NCBI GenBank assembly: GCA_002439755.1
Contig: DJPH01000014.1
Span: 18,577-82,576 of the forward strand
From: Prevotellaceae bacterium UBA6417
GTDB taxonomy: Bacteria > Bacteroidota > Bacteroidia > Bacteroidales > Bacteroidaceae
Direction: 5' to 3'
DNA length: 64,000 nucleotides
In this document: positions 1 through 8,333 of the stretch, piece by piece
How positions within the stretch are numbered: the stretch's first letter is position 1
Layout of the letters: every line of letters begins with the position of its first letter
The notes under the pieces: model-generated
Databases searched by the model: none
What the model was told of the DNA's origin: nothing
What the model saw: the letters and a program-made list of their open reading frames with translations, nothing else
Program-made: the position numbers and the translations under genes

Positions 1-65
1 GGCCGCTCCCGCGATGCAGAAACACAAAAGATAGAATGTGAGGGTTTTATCAGCCGATTGTATAG

Positions 66-908
66 ATGACGAATATAATCAGTGACATAAAAGAAGAGCT
101 TCTGCCGGTTTATGATTCACGCGAAGCTTCGGCAATAGCCCGTGCCATAGCCGAAGAGTGCTTCGGAATCACTCTTGCCCAGGCTTATGCCGGTTTGCAT
201 CGGCCATTGAATCAAAGCGAAAAAGAATTGCTGAAGCAGGTTTTGTATCGTCTCAAACGGCATGAACCCTTGCAGTATGTCCTGTCGCGTGCCTGCTTCA
301 TGGGGCATTTGTTTTGTGTTGCTCCCGGTGTGCTCATTCCGCGCCCCGAAACAGAAGACCTGGTGGAGCAGGTGATTCGTGAATACGATAAGGCCGACGC
401 ACCCTGTCTGCTGGATATGGGTACGGGCAGTGGCTGCATAGTTGTTTCGTTGAAGTTGGCATTGCCTCGGGCTCAAGCCTTCGGGATGGATATTTCATGT
501 GAGGCTCTTCGTCAGGCACGTGCCAATGCAGAGCAGCTCGGTGCCAAAGTAAAGTTTTTCCAAGCCGACATGCTGAAGCCTGCAACTTTGCCGCCTCTCT
601 GTGTCGATGCCTTTGTGAGCAACCCTCCCTATGTCAGAATGTCGGAGGCGAAAGATATGGATCTTCGTGTCAAAGAATACGAACCGCGCGAAGCATTGTT
701 TGTTCCCGACGACGAACCTTTGGTATATTATGAGGCATTGGCCCGGTGTGGCAAACAGCTGTTGAAGCCGGGTGGACGTATATTTGTGGAAATAAACAGT
801 GCTTTTGGTGCCGAAACGGCGGCACTCTTCAAGTCGTATGGGTATTCGGATGTAGTTGTCTGCCGTGACCGGTTTGGCAAGGAAAGGATAGTGACATGTC
901 GCAAATGA
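66..908 (+). CDS. prmC: peptide chain release factor N5-glutamine methyltransferase (PrmC/HemK)
   Basis: 280-aa ORF with SAM-binding LLDMGTGSGCI and catalytic NPPY (FVSNPPYV) motifs. Confidence 0.85.
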   Translation: MTNIISDIKEELLPVYDSREASAIARAIAEECFGITLAQAYAGLHRPLNQSEKELLKQVLYRLKRHEPLQYVLSRACFMGHLFCVAPGVLIPRPETEDLVEQVIREYDKADAPCLLDMGTGSGCIVVSLKLALPRAQAFGMDISCEALRQARANAEQLGAKVKFFQADMLKPATLPPLCVDAFVSNPPYVRMSEAKDMDLRVKEYEPREALFVPDDEPLVYYEALARCGKQLLKPGGRIFVEINSAFGAETAALFKSYGYSDVVVCRDRFGKERIVTCRK

Positions 909-1384
909 AGAAGACGTTATCAGTAGATGAGGCCTTTCAGAGGCTGTCTGCCAGATGTGCTGTGGCCGAATGCGCCCCTTTAGATTTGTTGCGGAAGATG
1001 GAGGGCTGGGGACTTGACGAGGAATCCCGCCTGGCTGTATTGCAACGCCTCAAGGAACAGGGCTATGTGAATGAACAGCGTTATGCCTCGGCTTATGTAC
1101 GCGACAAGTTCAACTATGCCGGATGGGGCAGAATGAAGATAATGCAAGGACTGCGAGGAAAAGGGTTTTCTCCATCCGAATGCGACAGAGCGTGGCAGGA
1201 GATCAATGAAGAGGATTACCGTAAGTCGCTGATTCGGTTGTTGATATCCAAGTCGAAGAGCATCAAGGCCCGAAGTGCCTTTGAGCGCAAAGCCAAGCTG
1301 GCGAGGTTTGCTTTTGGCCGGGGCTTTGAGCAATGGCTGGTGATGGAGAGTCTTGAAGAACTGTTGCAAGACGATTCCATCTGA
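896..1384 (+). CDS. recX: RecX family regulatory protein
   Basis: 162-aa helical-repeat protein of typical RecX size, with the YVNEQRYASAYVRDK pattern. It overlaps the prmC end by 13 nt, which suggests an operon. Confidence 0.65.
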   Translation: MSQMKKTLSVDEAFQRLSARCAVAECAPLDLLRKMEGWGLDEESRLAVLQRLKEQGYVNEQRYASAYVRDKFNYAGWGRMKIMQGLRGKGFSPSECDRAWQEINEEDYRKSLIRLLISKSKSIKARSAFERKAKLARFAFGRGFEQWLVMESLEELLQDDSI

Positions 1385-2151
1385 TGCATTCCAAGCCGAA
1401 ATCTTTGTTATCGCTGTTGTCGGGCCTTGTCTGCGATATCGACGAACTGCTTTTTCCCAGGGTGTGTGTTGTATGTGGCAAGAAGCTTGCTGCCGCTGAG
1501 CCGTCTGTTTGTGCCGGCTGTTTGTCGAGGCTGCCTTATACATGTTATCGGGGCACGCCAGACAATGCTACGGAACGTCTCTTTTATGGTGTGGCTCCTT
1601 TGGTCAGGGCCAATTCCTTCTTTTATTACTATCCCGGATCTGATTCCCACCGTGTTTTGATGGCTTTGAAGTACGAGCGTCATCCCGAACTCGGCCGTTT
1701 TCTGGGTTCCATGATGGCAGCAGAACTGCTCGAAACCGGCTTTTTCAATGATATAGATGCGCTGGTTCCTGTTCCGTTGGCCTCGGGGCGCGAGCACCGG
1801 CGTGGCTACAATCAAAGTTACATGCTGTCAAGGGGCGTTGCCGATGTGACGGGAATTCCTATCATGGATAGGGTGGTGAAGCGTGTTGTTGAGCGACCTT
1901 CACAAACACGTCTGAGTCACAGCGAAAGGAGAAGCAACGTAGAGGATGTGTTTTCTTGCATATGTCCGCAGCTCATCAGTAACCAACATGTTTTGCTGAT
2001 GGACGATGTTGTCACCACGGGTGCGACGCTCAGCTCATGCATGAGAGCCATGGATGTCTCTTGCGAAATACGTTTTTCGGTGCTTACGCTGGCTTTGACT
2101 GTGAACAATTTTTCTGCACCGTGCGGTCTTGTCCCTCCTTTTGATATATAG
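1384..2151 (+). CDS. ComF family protein (phosphoribosyltransferase-like)
   Basis: N-terminal CxxC...CxxC zinc finger (CVVCGKK...CAGC) and a C-terminal PRTase motif (VLLMDDVVTTGATL). The start overlaps the recX stop (TGATG). Confidence 0.75.
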   Translation: MHSKPKSLLSLLSGLVCDIDELLFPRVCVVCGKKLAAAEPSVCAGCLSRLPYTCYRGTPDNATERLFYGVAPLVRANSFFYYYPGSDSHRVLMALKYERHPELGRFLGSMMAAELLETGFFNDIDALVPVPLASGREHRRGYNQSYMLSRGVADVTGIPIMDRVVKRVVERPSQTRLSHSERRSNVEDVFSCICPQLISNQHVLLMDDVVTTGATLSSCMRAMDVSCEIRFSVLTLALTVNNFSAPCGLVPPFDI

Positions 2152-2184
2152 GGTGTGTCGTTAGGGCATGCACCTTCCATTGCC

Positions 2185-2661
2185 TTATTTGGCAATGGCT
2201 TTGGCTGTTGCGTGTACGGTCTTTATAATGGCTTTCGAGCTGAACGTGGCTCCGCTTACGGCATCCGGTGTATAGCTTTGTGCTTCCTTGAGCGTTTTGC
2301 CGTTCCATGCCTTCATCAGTGGCTTGGTCCATTGGAAGACGTCGGGCGATTCATGGTTGGGAGCTGCTGCCATTCCTATGATTTTCTGCCGTTGGTCAAC
2401 GGCAATGAAGAGCGGAGTTGGCCCGGAGAAGCCGTGGATGCCCTTGCCGTAGGGGTAAGAACTATATATATGGATGTTGCCGATGACCCATTCTGCATCA
2501 CCGGCCTTTACGGGGCTGACTTTCTTGAATCCCAGTTTGTTCAGGATGCCGGCAGTCAGTGCGGGTCCTGCATCCTTGGTTTTCTTTTGAGCTTCGCTGC
2601 ACGATGGCATAAGAGCCAGTGCAGCGAAGGTTATGGTTGCGGGGATAATCCTCAAATTCAT
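2185..2661 (-). CDS. FMN-binding domain lipoprotein
   Basis: Signal peptide with a lipobox (ALMPSC). The FMN_bind signature DAVSGATFSS lies near the C-terminus. Confidence 0.6.
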   Translation of the reverse strand: MNLRIIPATITFAALALMPSCSEAQKKTKDAGPALTAGILNKLGFKKVSPVKAGDAEWVIGNIHIYSSYPYGKGIHGFSGPTPLFIAVDQRQKIIGMAAAPNHESPDVFQWTKPLMKAWNGKTLKEAQSYTPDAVSGATFSSKAIIKTVHATAKAIAK

Positions 2662-2675
2662 TACCGCTTAGAGGC

Positions 2676-3380
2676 TTAGTTATCCTTTTGTCGGATGATG
2701 ATGTCGTTGCTTATGCCGTTCAATGTGCTTAGCTTGTAGACCGCGGTGCGTTCTTTTCCCGTATTGTTTGCCTCGAAGTTCAGCTTTACAGTATGCATGC
2801 CGCTCTCGAAGTGCTGTTCTTTCGGTGTAATCCAGTCGGCATCTGTCGACAGTGTGGCTTCCTTGTCGTAGATGGTGAACACGAGTTGTGCCGATGTCGA
2901 ATCCTTGGCAGTCTCCTTCAGGAAATAGGCTCCTTGGTAGCTGCTGCCTCCCGGTATGTAGTTCATTCTGGTAGAGCCGCTGAAAGCCACGGCGGGTTCT
3001 ACGATGTTGAGCCAGTAGGTCTGCACATAGCTGCGGGCAACGGTGTGCTTATTGTTGGCAACTTTCAGCAAGGAGTTTCTGAGGGAGTTGCTTGTGTTGG
3101 GCGTGAAGTAGATGGGCATGGTGTGTGCTTCCACTTTTGTTCCGCTTTGTGTCATGGATGATTTGAGCGGATCCAGGGATGCGCCTTGGCCGTCAACGGT
3201 GGCTTTCCACGACGATACAGAGACAATGGTGAACGAGTCTACGGTTTGGTCTGCATAGACAATGGCCGCTCCGCTTATGATGGGATAGATGCCCAGTTCG
3301 TCATATTCAACGTCCTTCTTGTTGTCACATGCGGCCATTCCCATTAGGATGGCGAGCATACATAATACAGTTTTTTTCAT
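2676..3380 (-). CDS. hypothetical lipoprotein, BACON-like all-beta repeats
   Basis: Lipobox (GMAAC). The C-terminal segment DADWITP...NNTGKERTAVYKL...IIIRQ resembles the BACON/Ig-like domain pattern. No catalytic motif was seen. Confidence 0.4.
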   Translation of the reverse strand: MKKTVLCMLAILMGMAACDNKKDVEYDELGIYPIISGAAIVYADQTVDSFTIVSVSSWKATVDGQGASLDPLKSSMTQSGTKVEAHTMPIYFTPNTSNSLRNSLLKVANNKHTVARSYVQTYWLNIVEPAVAFSGSTRMNYIPGGSSYQGAYFLKETAKDSTSAQLVFTIYDKEATLSTDADWITPKEQHFESGMHTVKLNFEANNTGKERTAVYKLSTLNGISNDIIIRQKDN

Positions 3381-3398
3381 GTGAATAGGTTTTACAGA

Positions 3399-4805
3399 TT
3401 AATAATAGCTTGTGCCGTCGAAGCAGTGTGTGCACACCTGTTCCTTGGGCAGTCCGATGGCGTTGATGAGGGTTTCAATCTTGTTGAATCGCAGTGAGGT
3501 GAGTCCCAGCTGCTTGCGTATCTCTTCTACCATGCGTTCGTACTGGGGCGAGCCTGTCTGTGAGTACAGTTCGAGGTTTTTGTTCTCGTCGCCTTCAAAG
3601 TCTTTTATGATACGTCGCGTTATCAGTTCCATAGACGAGCGCGACGAGGTGAAGCCGATGTATTCGCAGGGATAGACCAGGGGTGGGCAGCTGATGCGTA
3701 TGTGCACTTCCTTGGCTCCGTATTCGAAGAGCACTTTTACATTGTCTTTCAATTGTGTGCCGCGTACAATGCTGTCATCGCAAAACATCAGTCTTTTGCC
3801 TTCGAGCATGGTCCTGTTGGGTATCAACTTCATTTTTGCTACCAACGAACGCCTCATCTGTGTGGCCGGCATGAAGCTTCTCGGCCATGTCGGTGTATAT
3901 TTGGTGATGGCCCGGTGATAGGGCACCCCTTTGCTTTCTGCGTAACCCAGTGCTACGCCTATTCCCGAGTCGGGAATGCCGCAGATGCAGTCTACATCCG
4001 AAGAATCGTCGTGTCCCATCTCAAGACCACAGTTATAGCGCACCTGTTCTACGTTGCGTCCTTCGTAGCATGAGTTGGGGAAACCGTAGTAGACCCACAG
4101 GAATGAACATATCTGCATCTTTTTTTGCGGGGCAATCAGTTGCTCTATGCCGTCTGCGGTGATGCGCACTGCTTCGCCCGGTCCTATGTCGCGCAGGCAT
4201 TCATAGTCGAGGTTGGGCAGCGAGCTCGACTCACTGGTGACGGCATAGGCTCCTTCCTTGTGTGCCAGGATGATGGGCGTGCGTCCTCTGAAGTCGCGGG
4301 CTGCGATGAGCCCGTCCTCGGTAAGCAGCAGCATGCTGCACGAACCTTTGATGTGCTTGTAGACATTCCGGATGCCTTCGGCATAGGTTTTTCCGCGACT
4401 TATCAGCAGGGCCACAACCTCTGTCGGGTTGGTTCCCGACGAGCTTTGCTCCGAAAAGTGTTCGCCTTCGTCTAAGAGTTCTTGTTCCAACTCTTCTAGA
4501 TTGTTGATTTTGGCCACAGTGACAAGGGCAAACCGTCCCAGATGTGTATAGACGATAATCGGCTGGGAATCGTTGTCGCTGATTACACCGATGCCGCTTG
4601 TCCCCTTGAACTCGTCCAGCTCGTTCTCGAACTTGTTGCGGAAATAACTGCTTTCTATGTTGTGAATGGCCCTTACAAAGCCTTGTTCTTTACTGTAGGT
4701 TGCCATGCCGGCGCGTTTAGTGCCGAGATGCGAATTATAATCAGTTCCGTAGAACAAATCACTGATGCATGGTGCCTTTGATATGACACCGAAAAATCCA
4801 CCCAT
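3399..4805 (-). CDS. amidophosphoribosyltransferase-like protein (PurF family, Ntn cysteine replaced)
   Basis: PRPP-binding loop FCDDSIVRGTQL and an N-terminal GGFFGV...FYGTDYNSHLGT that aligns to CGVFGI...YYGLHSLQHRGQ of PurF. I chose the start at MGGFFG (4805) because an exact TAnnTTTG box (4830-4837, minus strand) lies inside the longer ORF that extends to 4862. Confidence 0.7.
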   Translation of the reverse strand: MGGFFGVISKAPCISDLFYGTDYNSHLGTKRAGMATYSKEQGFVRAIHNIESSYFRNKFENELDEFKGTSGIGVISDNDSQPIIVYTHLGRFALVTVAKINNLEELEQELLDEGEHFSEQSSSGTNPTEVVALLISRGKTYAEGIRNVYKHIKGSCSMLLLTEDGLIAARDFRGRTPIILAHKEGAYAVTSESSSLPNLDYECLRDIGPGEAVRITADGIEQLIAPQKKMQICSFLWVYYGFPNSCYEGRNVEQVRYNCGLEMGHDDSSDVDCICGIPDSGIGVALGYAESKGVPYHRAITKYTPTWPRSFMPATQMRRSLVAKMKLIPNRTMLEGKRLMFCDDSIVRGTQLKDNVKVLFEYGAKEVHIRISCPPLVYPCEYIGFTSSRSSMELITRRIIKDFEGDENKNLELYSQTGSPQYERMVEEIRKQLGLTSLRFNKIETLINAIGLPKEQVCTHCFDGTSYY

Positions 4806-4829
4806 ATAATATCTGTCTGTTAAGAGCCA

Positions 4830-4837
4830 CAAAAGTA
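4830..4837 (-). promoter_or_regulatory. Bacteroidetes sigma-A -7 box (TACTTTTG) for the PurF-like gene
   Basis: Exact TAnnTTTG match on the minus strand, 24 nt upstream of the ATG at 4805. Confidence 0.55.
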
Positions 4838-4994
4838 CGAAGAAATAACGGTCTGCATCCATTCTTAAAAGGAAAAGTTATGCATGCCGTCGCTACTTTT
4901 GTATGGCGAAGATGCTGTTTCCGGGCTGCAATCAAGGCAAGAGCTTCAAGAGCTGCAAGGGCCGGAAAAGTGGCTGCCTGAGCCTCTCATTTCA

Positions 4995-5002
4995 TACCTT
5001 TG
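4995..5002 (+). promoter_or_regulatory. orphan -7 box (TACCTTTG) pointing into repeat array A
   Basis: Exact TAnnTTTG on the plus strand, about 14 nt before the array starts. There is no -33 TTTG at the expected spacing and no plus-strand gene downstream. Confidence 0.3.
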
Positions 5003-5015
5003 TAGATTGTGCGTG

Positions 5016-5190
5016 CGGTCTGTACACATCGAAAGTGTTTCATGTACATGAAACAGGTTGTTTCCTATAGGGGGAAGAGGTTGTTTCATGTACAGAGAAC
5101 AGGGTGTTTCACCTATAGGAAACACTCTGCAATCAGCCACATCGCAACCTGCGATATGTACACATCGCACGCTGCAATCGGCCACATCTG
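5016..5190. repeat. intergenic array A of about eight 22-23 bp units (TGTACA/palindrome family), inverted copy of array B
   Basis: Contains GTTTCATGTACATGAAAC (5037-5054) and GCGATATGTACACATCGC (5151-5168). The reverse complement of 5016-5168 aligns to 45566-45718 with 9 mismatches in 153 nt by hand alignment. Confidence 0.85.
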
Positions 5191-5221
5191 TTTTTGGGCT
5201 TTGAGATATGTGCTTTTGAAA

Positions 5222-5255
5222 CACAAAAAAACCTGTAGGCTGTGCCCGCAGGTTT
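5222..5255 (-). terminator. rho-independent terminator of the small lipoprotein gene
   Basis: Plus-strand AAACCTG...CAGGTTT hairpin (5229-5255), extended by partial inner pairing. On the minus strand it is followed by a T-run (plus-strand A-run 5225-5231). Confidence 0.55.
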
Positions 5256-5280
5256 CAATCTCTCTAAAGTTTGTTGTTGA

Positions 5281-5472
5281 TTACTCAGCAGCAGGAGCTT
5301 CAGCGGCAACGCTGTCAGAATCATTGGCAAGTGAATCACCAGCAGCCAAAGAATCGTCAACAGCAGCGATAGAATCAGAGTCTGCTGCAGGAGCGGGCTG
5401 AGCTGTTTTGTTACCACATGATGCAAATGACATAGCTGCAACAGCAACAAGTACTAAAACTAACTTTTTCAT
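5281..5472 (-). CDS. small acidic lipoprotein (63 aa), low-complexity D/S/A-rich
   Basis: MKKLVLVLVAVAAMSFASC lipobox, then DS(I/L/V)AA-type repeats. It has its own -7 box and terminator. Confidence 0.55.
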   Translation of the reverse strand: MKKLVLVLVAVAAMSFASCGNKTAQPAPAADSDSIAAVDDSLAAGDSLANDSDSVAAEAPAAE

Positions 5473-5522
5473 TTTTCCTACTTTTAATTAGTAAAACAAT
5501 CAATTGCTTATTAAACCGACTG

Positions 5523-5530
5523 CAAAGGTA
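5523..5530 (-). promoter_or_regulatory. -7 box (TACCTTTG) for the small lipoprotein gene
   Basis: Exact TAnnTTTG on the minus strand, about 50 nt upstream of the ATG at 5472. Confidence 0.5.
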
Positions 5531-5762
5531 CGCACTTTTCCAAATGTAGAACAAGAAAACTCGCATTTTTTTTGCCCCGATTTTGTAACTTTTTGTAGCT
5601 GCTTGATTATTAAGCCTCTATAGATGCATATTTTTTAGTCTCAAAAGAGCGTCCTTGCCTGTTTGCCATATTTGATTGCCATTTCGTCGGGTTAACTCGT
5701 CCATAAACAAAGGGCCGGGGCTCTGTAGGCCGCGACCCTTTGTCTGCAATCAGGCTTTGAGG

Positions 5763-6461
5763 CTATTGCTTGTTGGGGATAATCAGCTTGTAGCCCTTTC
5801 CATGCACGTTGAGGATTTCCACGTCTTCATCACCTTTCAGATGCTTGCGAAGCTTTGTGATATAGACGTCCATGCTGCGGGCGTTAAAGTAGTTATCGTC
5901 TATCCATATGGTTTTCAGGGCGAAATCGCGCTGCAACACTTCGTTGGCATGTTGGTAAAGCAGTGTGAGAAGTTCGCTTTCCTTGGTGGTAAGCTTGGTC
6001 TTCTCGTCTCCGTGTGTCAGTATCTGCTTCTGCGTGTCAAAGGTGAAGCTGCCCAGGGTCAGTATGGTTTCCTCGGTCGGTTTCTTGCCTTGTACGCGGC
6101 GCAGTATGGCTTCGATGCGGAAGGTCAGTTCTTCCATGGAGAACGGTTTGGTGATATAGTCGTCGGCTCCCACTTTGAAACCTTCAAATACATCGTCCTT
6201 TAATGTCTTGGCTGTCAAAAAGACGATAGGCATTTCTGCATTGGCCTGCTTGATTTCCTTGGCCAGGGTGAAACCGTCTTTCTTTGGCATCATTACGTCG
6301 AGTACGCAGATATCATACTTGTTTTTCAGAAAGGCTTTGTATCCGGCATCGCCATCTGCACAGAGTTCTGTGTCGTAGCCCTTTGCCAGCAAATACTCTC
6401 TCAGCAGCATGCCGAGGTTCTCGTCGTCTTCGCACAACAGAATTTTCATTTTCTCATTCAT
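5763..6461 (-). CDS. OmpR-family response regulator (RprY-like)
   Basis: Receiver domain (ILLCEDDENL...VLDVMMPKKDG) plus a winged-helix Trans_reg_C domain (LTTKESELL...VYITKLRKHL). An alternative start is MKILL at 6449. Confidence 0.85.
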   Translation of the reverse strand: MNEKMKILLCEDDENLGMLLREYLLAKGYDTELCADGDAGYKAFLKNKYDICVLDVMMPKKDGFTLAKEIKQANAEMPIVFLTAKTLKDDVFEGFKVGADDYITKPFSMEELTFRIEAILRRVQGKKPTEETILTLGSFTFDTQKQILTHGDEKTKLTTKESELLTLLYQHANEVLQRDFALKTIWIDDNYFNARSMDVYITKLRKHLKGDEDVEILNVHGKGYKLIIPNKQ

Positions 6462-6497
6462 TGTCTTGTACTTTAGGTGATTAATATATGTTTGTTG

Positions 6498-8054
6498 CTA
6501 TTTCTTGATGATGGGGAGCGAAATGATAAACTTCGTTCCTTTGCCAAATTCGCTTTCCACGTGTATTTTCCCGTGCATGGATTCCACAATGTCTTTGACG
6601 TAGGCCAAACCGAGGCCGAACCCTTTCACATCGTGACGGTTGCCCGTGTGCACGCGGTAGAACTTTTCGAAGATTTTTGTCAGGTTTTCTTTCTTGATGC
6701 CAATGCCGTTGTCTTCTATGGAGATGAGTATCTCGTTGTGCTCGTTCCAGGTGGCTACGCTCAGATGAAACGGCACTTGCTCGTTGCGATACTTCACTGC
6801 GTTTTCCATCAGGTTGAACAGCACGTTGGTGAAGTGCATGGGGTCGGCATAGATGTCTGTTTCCGTGGCACGGATGTCTGTGTCGAGTGTGCCTCCGATC
6901 TGTTTCACCTTCAGTTCAAAGGTGTTGACCACTTCGTTGACAAGCTTGTTGGCATCGAGTTCTTTGTTCTTGTAGGATACTTTCTGTCCTTCAAATACGG
7001 ATGTCTGCAATACCTTGTCTATGAGCATGTGAAGCCGCTTGGTCTCGTCTTTGACAATCTTGGCCGCACTCGCTGCCATGGCCGGAGTCTGCTTGATCGA
7101 CGGGTCGGTAAGCATTTCTACGGCCAGTGATATCGATGCGGCGGGTGTCTTCAGCTCATGGGTCATGTTGTTGATGAAGTCGTTCTTAATCTCATTGATG
7201 CGCTTCTGCCTGAATATCACGTAGATGGTGAAGATGAATGTGACAAGCAGAATCAGGGTGAAGATGATGCTCGGTATGAGGAACTTGACCGACTTGAAGA
7301 TGTAATTCGGCATGTCCGGGAAGTGCAGATACAGAATCCCGACATTCTGCGGCGGGTTGTTGGGCATCAGCACTTGCCTGTAACTGTATTCCTCACCTTC
7401 GGCCTTGTAGTCCGGACAGCGGTAAATCTCTTCGCCCGACCGCTTCTTTACACAGAAGTGGTAGGGAAGATTAATGCCGTTGCTGATGAACTCGGCTTTC
7501 AGGTTAAGGTCAAGCATCTTGAAGTTGATGTTATCTTCAAGGGGCTTTTCGCTCGCATTATATAATATGGTATAGATAACCTTGTCAAGAAGCACTCGCT
7601 GGTGCAGGTAGCGCGCTTTGATTTCGTTGCGCATCTGCTCGGAAATGCTGTTGTACGAATTTGACTGGTTGTGCAGTATAAGCCCTTTCGGCAGTTGCGA
7701 AGGATGCATCAGCCGCGACTTGAGGCGTGTGGGTATGCTGTCCTGCCGGCCAAACGGGTTTCTTCTCTTGCTGCGCAGAATGTCGAAATCGTTGTTCAGG
7801 CCTTTGTCTTCTTCAAGATGTGACCGGCTGCTGCTTCCTTTATTGGTTGCTTCCAGCTCTTCTTTCAGCCCTTTCATGGTTTCTTCCATTTCCATCTTTT
7901 GCGCGACCTGCGACAGACTTCTGCTCACGGAACTGTCGAACTGGTGCTTGCGCAGGGTAATCACCTGCTCGAAATAGCGTACCTGCAAGTATAGCAGGGC
8001 GGCAAAGCAGATGCCCATGACGGTGGAAATAATCCAAATGGTCCTTTTCTTCAT
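6498..8054 (-). CDS. sensor histidine kinase (RprX-like)
   Basis: Two transmembrane segments, the HisKA H-box FINNMTHELKTP, and HATPase N/G boxes (NLMENAVKY, DNGIGI, GFGLGLAYV). It lies directly upstream of the response regulator. Confidence 0.85.
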   Translation of the reverse strand: MKKRTIWIISTVMGICFAALLYLQVRYFEQVITLRKHQFDSSVSRSLSQVAQKMEMEETMKGLKEELEATNKGSSSRSHLEEDKGLNNDFDILRSKRRNPFGRQDSIPTRLKSRLMHPSQLPKGLILHNQSNSYNSISEQMRNEIKARYLHQRVLLDKVIYTILYNASEKPLEDNINFKMLDLNLKAEFISNGINLPYHFCVKKRSGEEIYRCPDYKAEGEEYSYRQVLMPNNPPQNVGILYLHFPDMPNYIFKSVKFLIPSIIFTLILLVTFIFTIYVIFRQKRINEIKNDFINNMTHELKTPAASISLAVEMLTDPSIKQTPAMAASAAKIVKDETKRLHMLIDKVLQTSVFEGQKVSYKNKELDANKLVNEVVNTFELKVKQIGGTLDTDIRATETDIYADPMHFTNVLFNLMENAVKYRNEQVPFHLSVATWNEHNEILISIEDNGIGIKKENLTKIFEKFYRVHTGNRHDVKGFGLGLAYVKDIVESMHGKIHVESEFGKGTKFIISLPIIKK

Positions 8055-8318
8055 GCCACAAAAATAGAAATACTTATTTTTAGCCTTGAAATATTAAACC
8101 CGAAAATTGTGCGCTTGTCCTATTAATTAACACGTCAGATACGTGTAGTTGTTGTTTTGTCAATCTTATTTTGTCTGAATGCTGATATTCATGGCGGCTT
8201 TAGCTTTTGTTGCGTTAACGATTAAGTTTTTCTTCGTTTTTTATGGCCGTCCCAAACTTAAAAGAATGATAAACCTCGCTTTTTCTGTGACAATATGCCA
8301 GAAGCACCCGGAATTGTG

Positions 8319-8326
8319 TACTTTTG
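8319..8326 (+). promoter_or_regulatory. -7 box (TACTTTTG) for the radical SAM gene
   Basis: Exact TAnnTTTG, 8 nt before the ATG at 8334. It lies inside the longer ORF that begins at 8295. Confidence 0.5.
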
Positions 8327-8333
8327 CACAACG

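Noticed and set aside
5763-8054. The RprXY-like two-component system as the dedicated regulator of the SusC/D locus.
   Set aside because: It is separated from the locus by two unrelated, independently promoted genes and lies on the opposite strand. It is a classical HK/OmpR pair rather than a PUL-type hybrid sensor, so no link can be supported from sequence.
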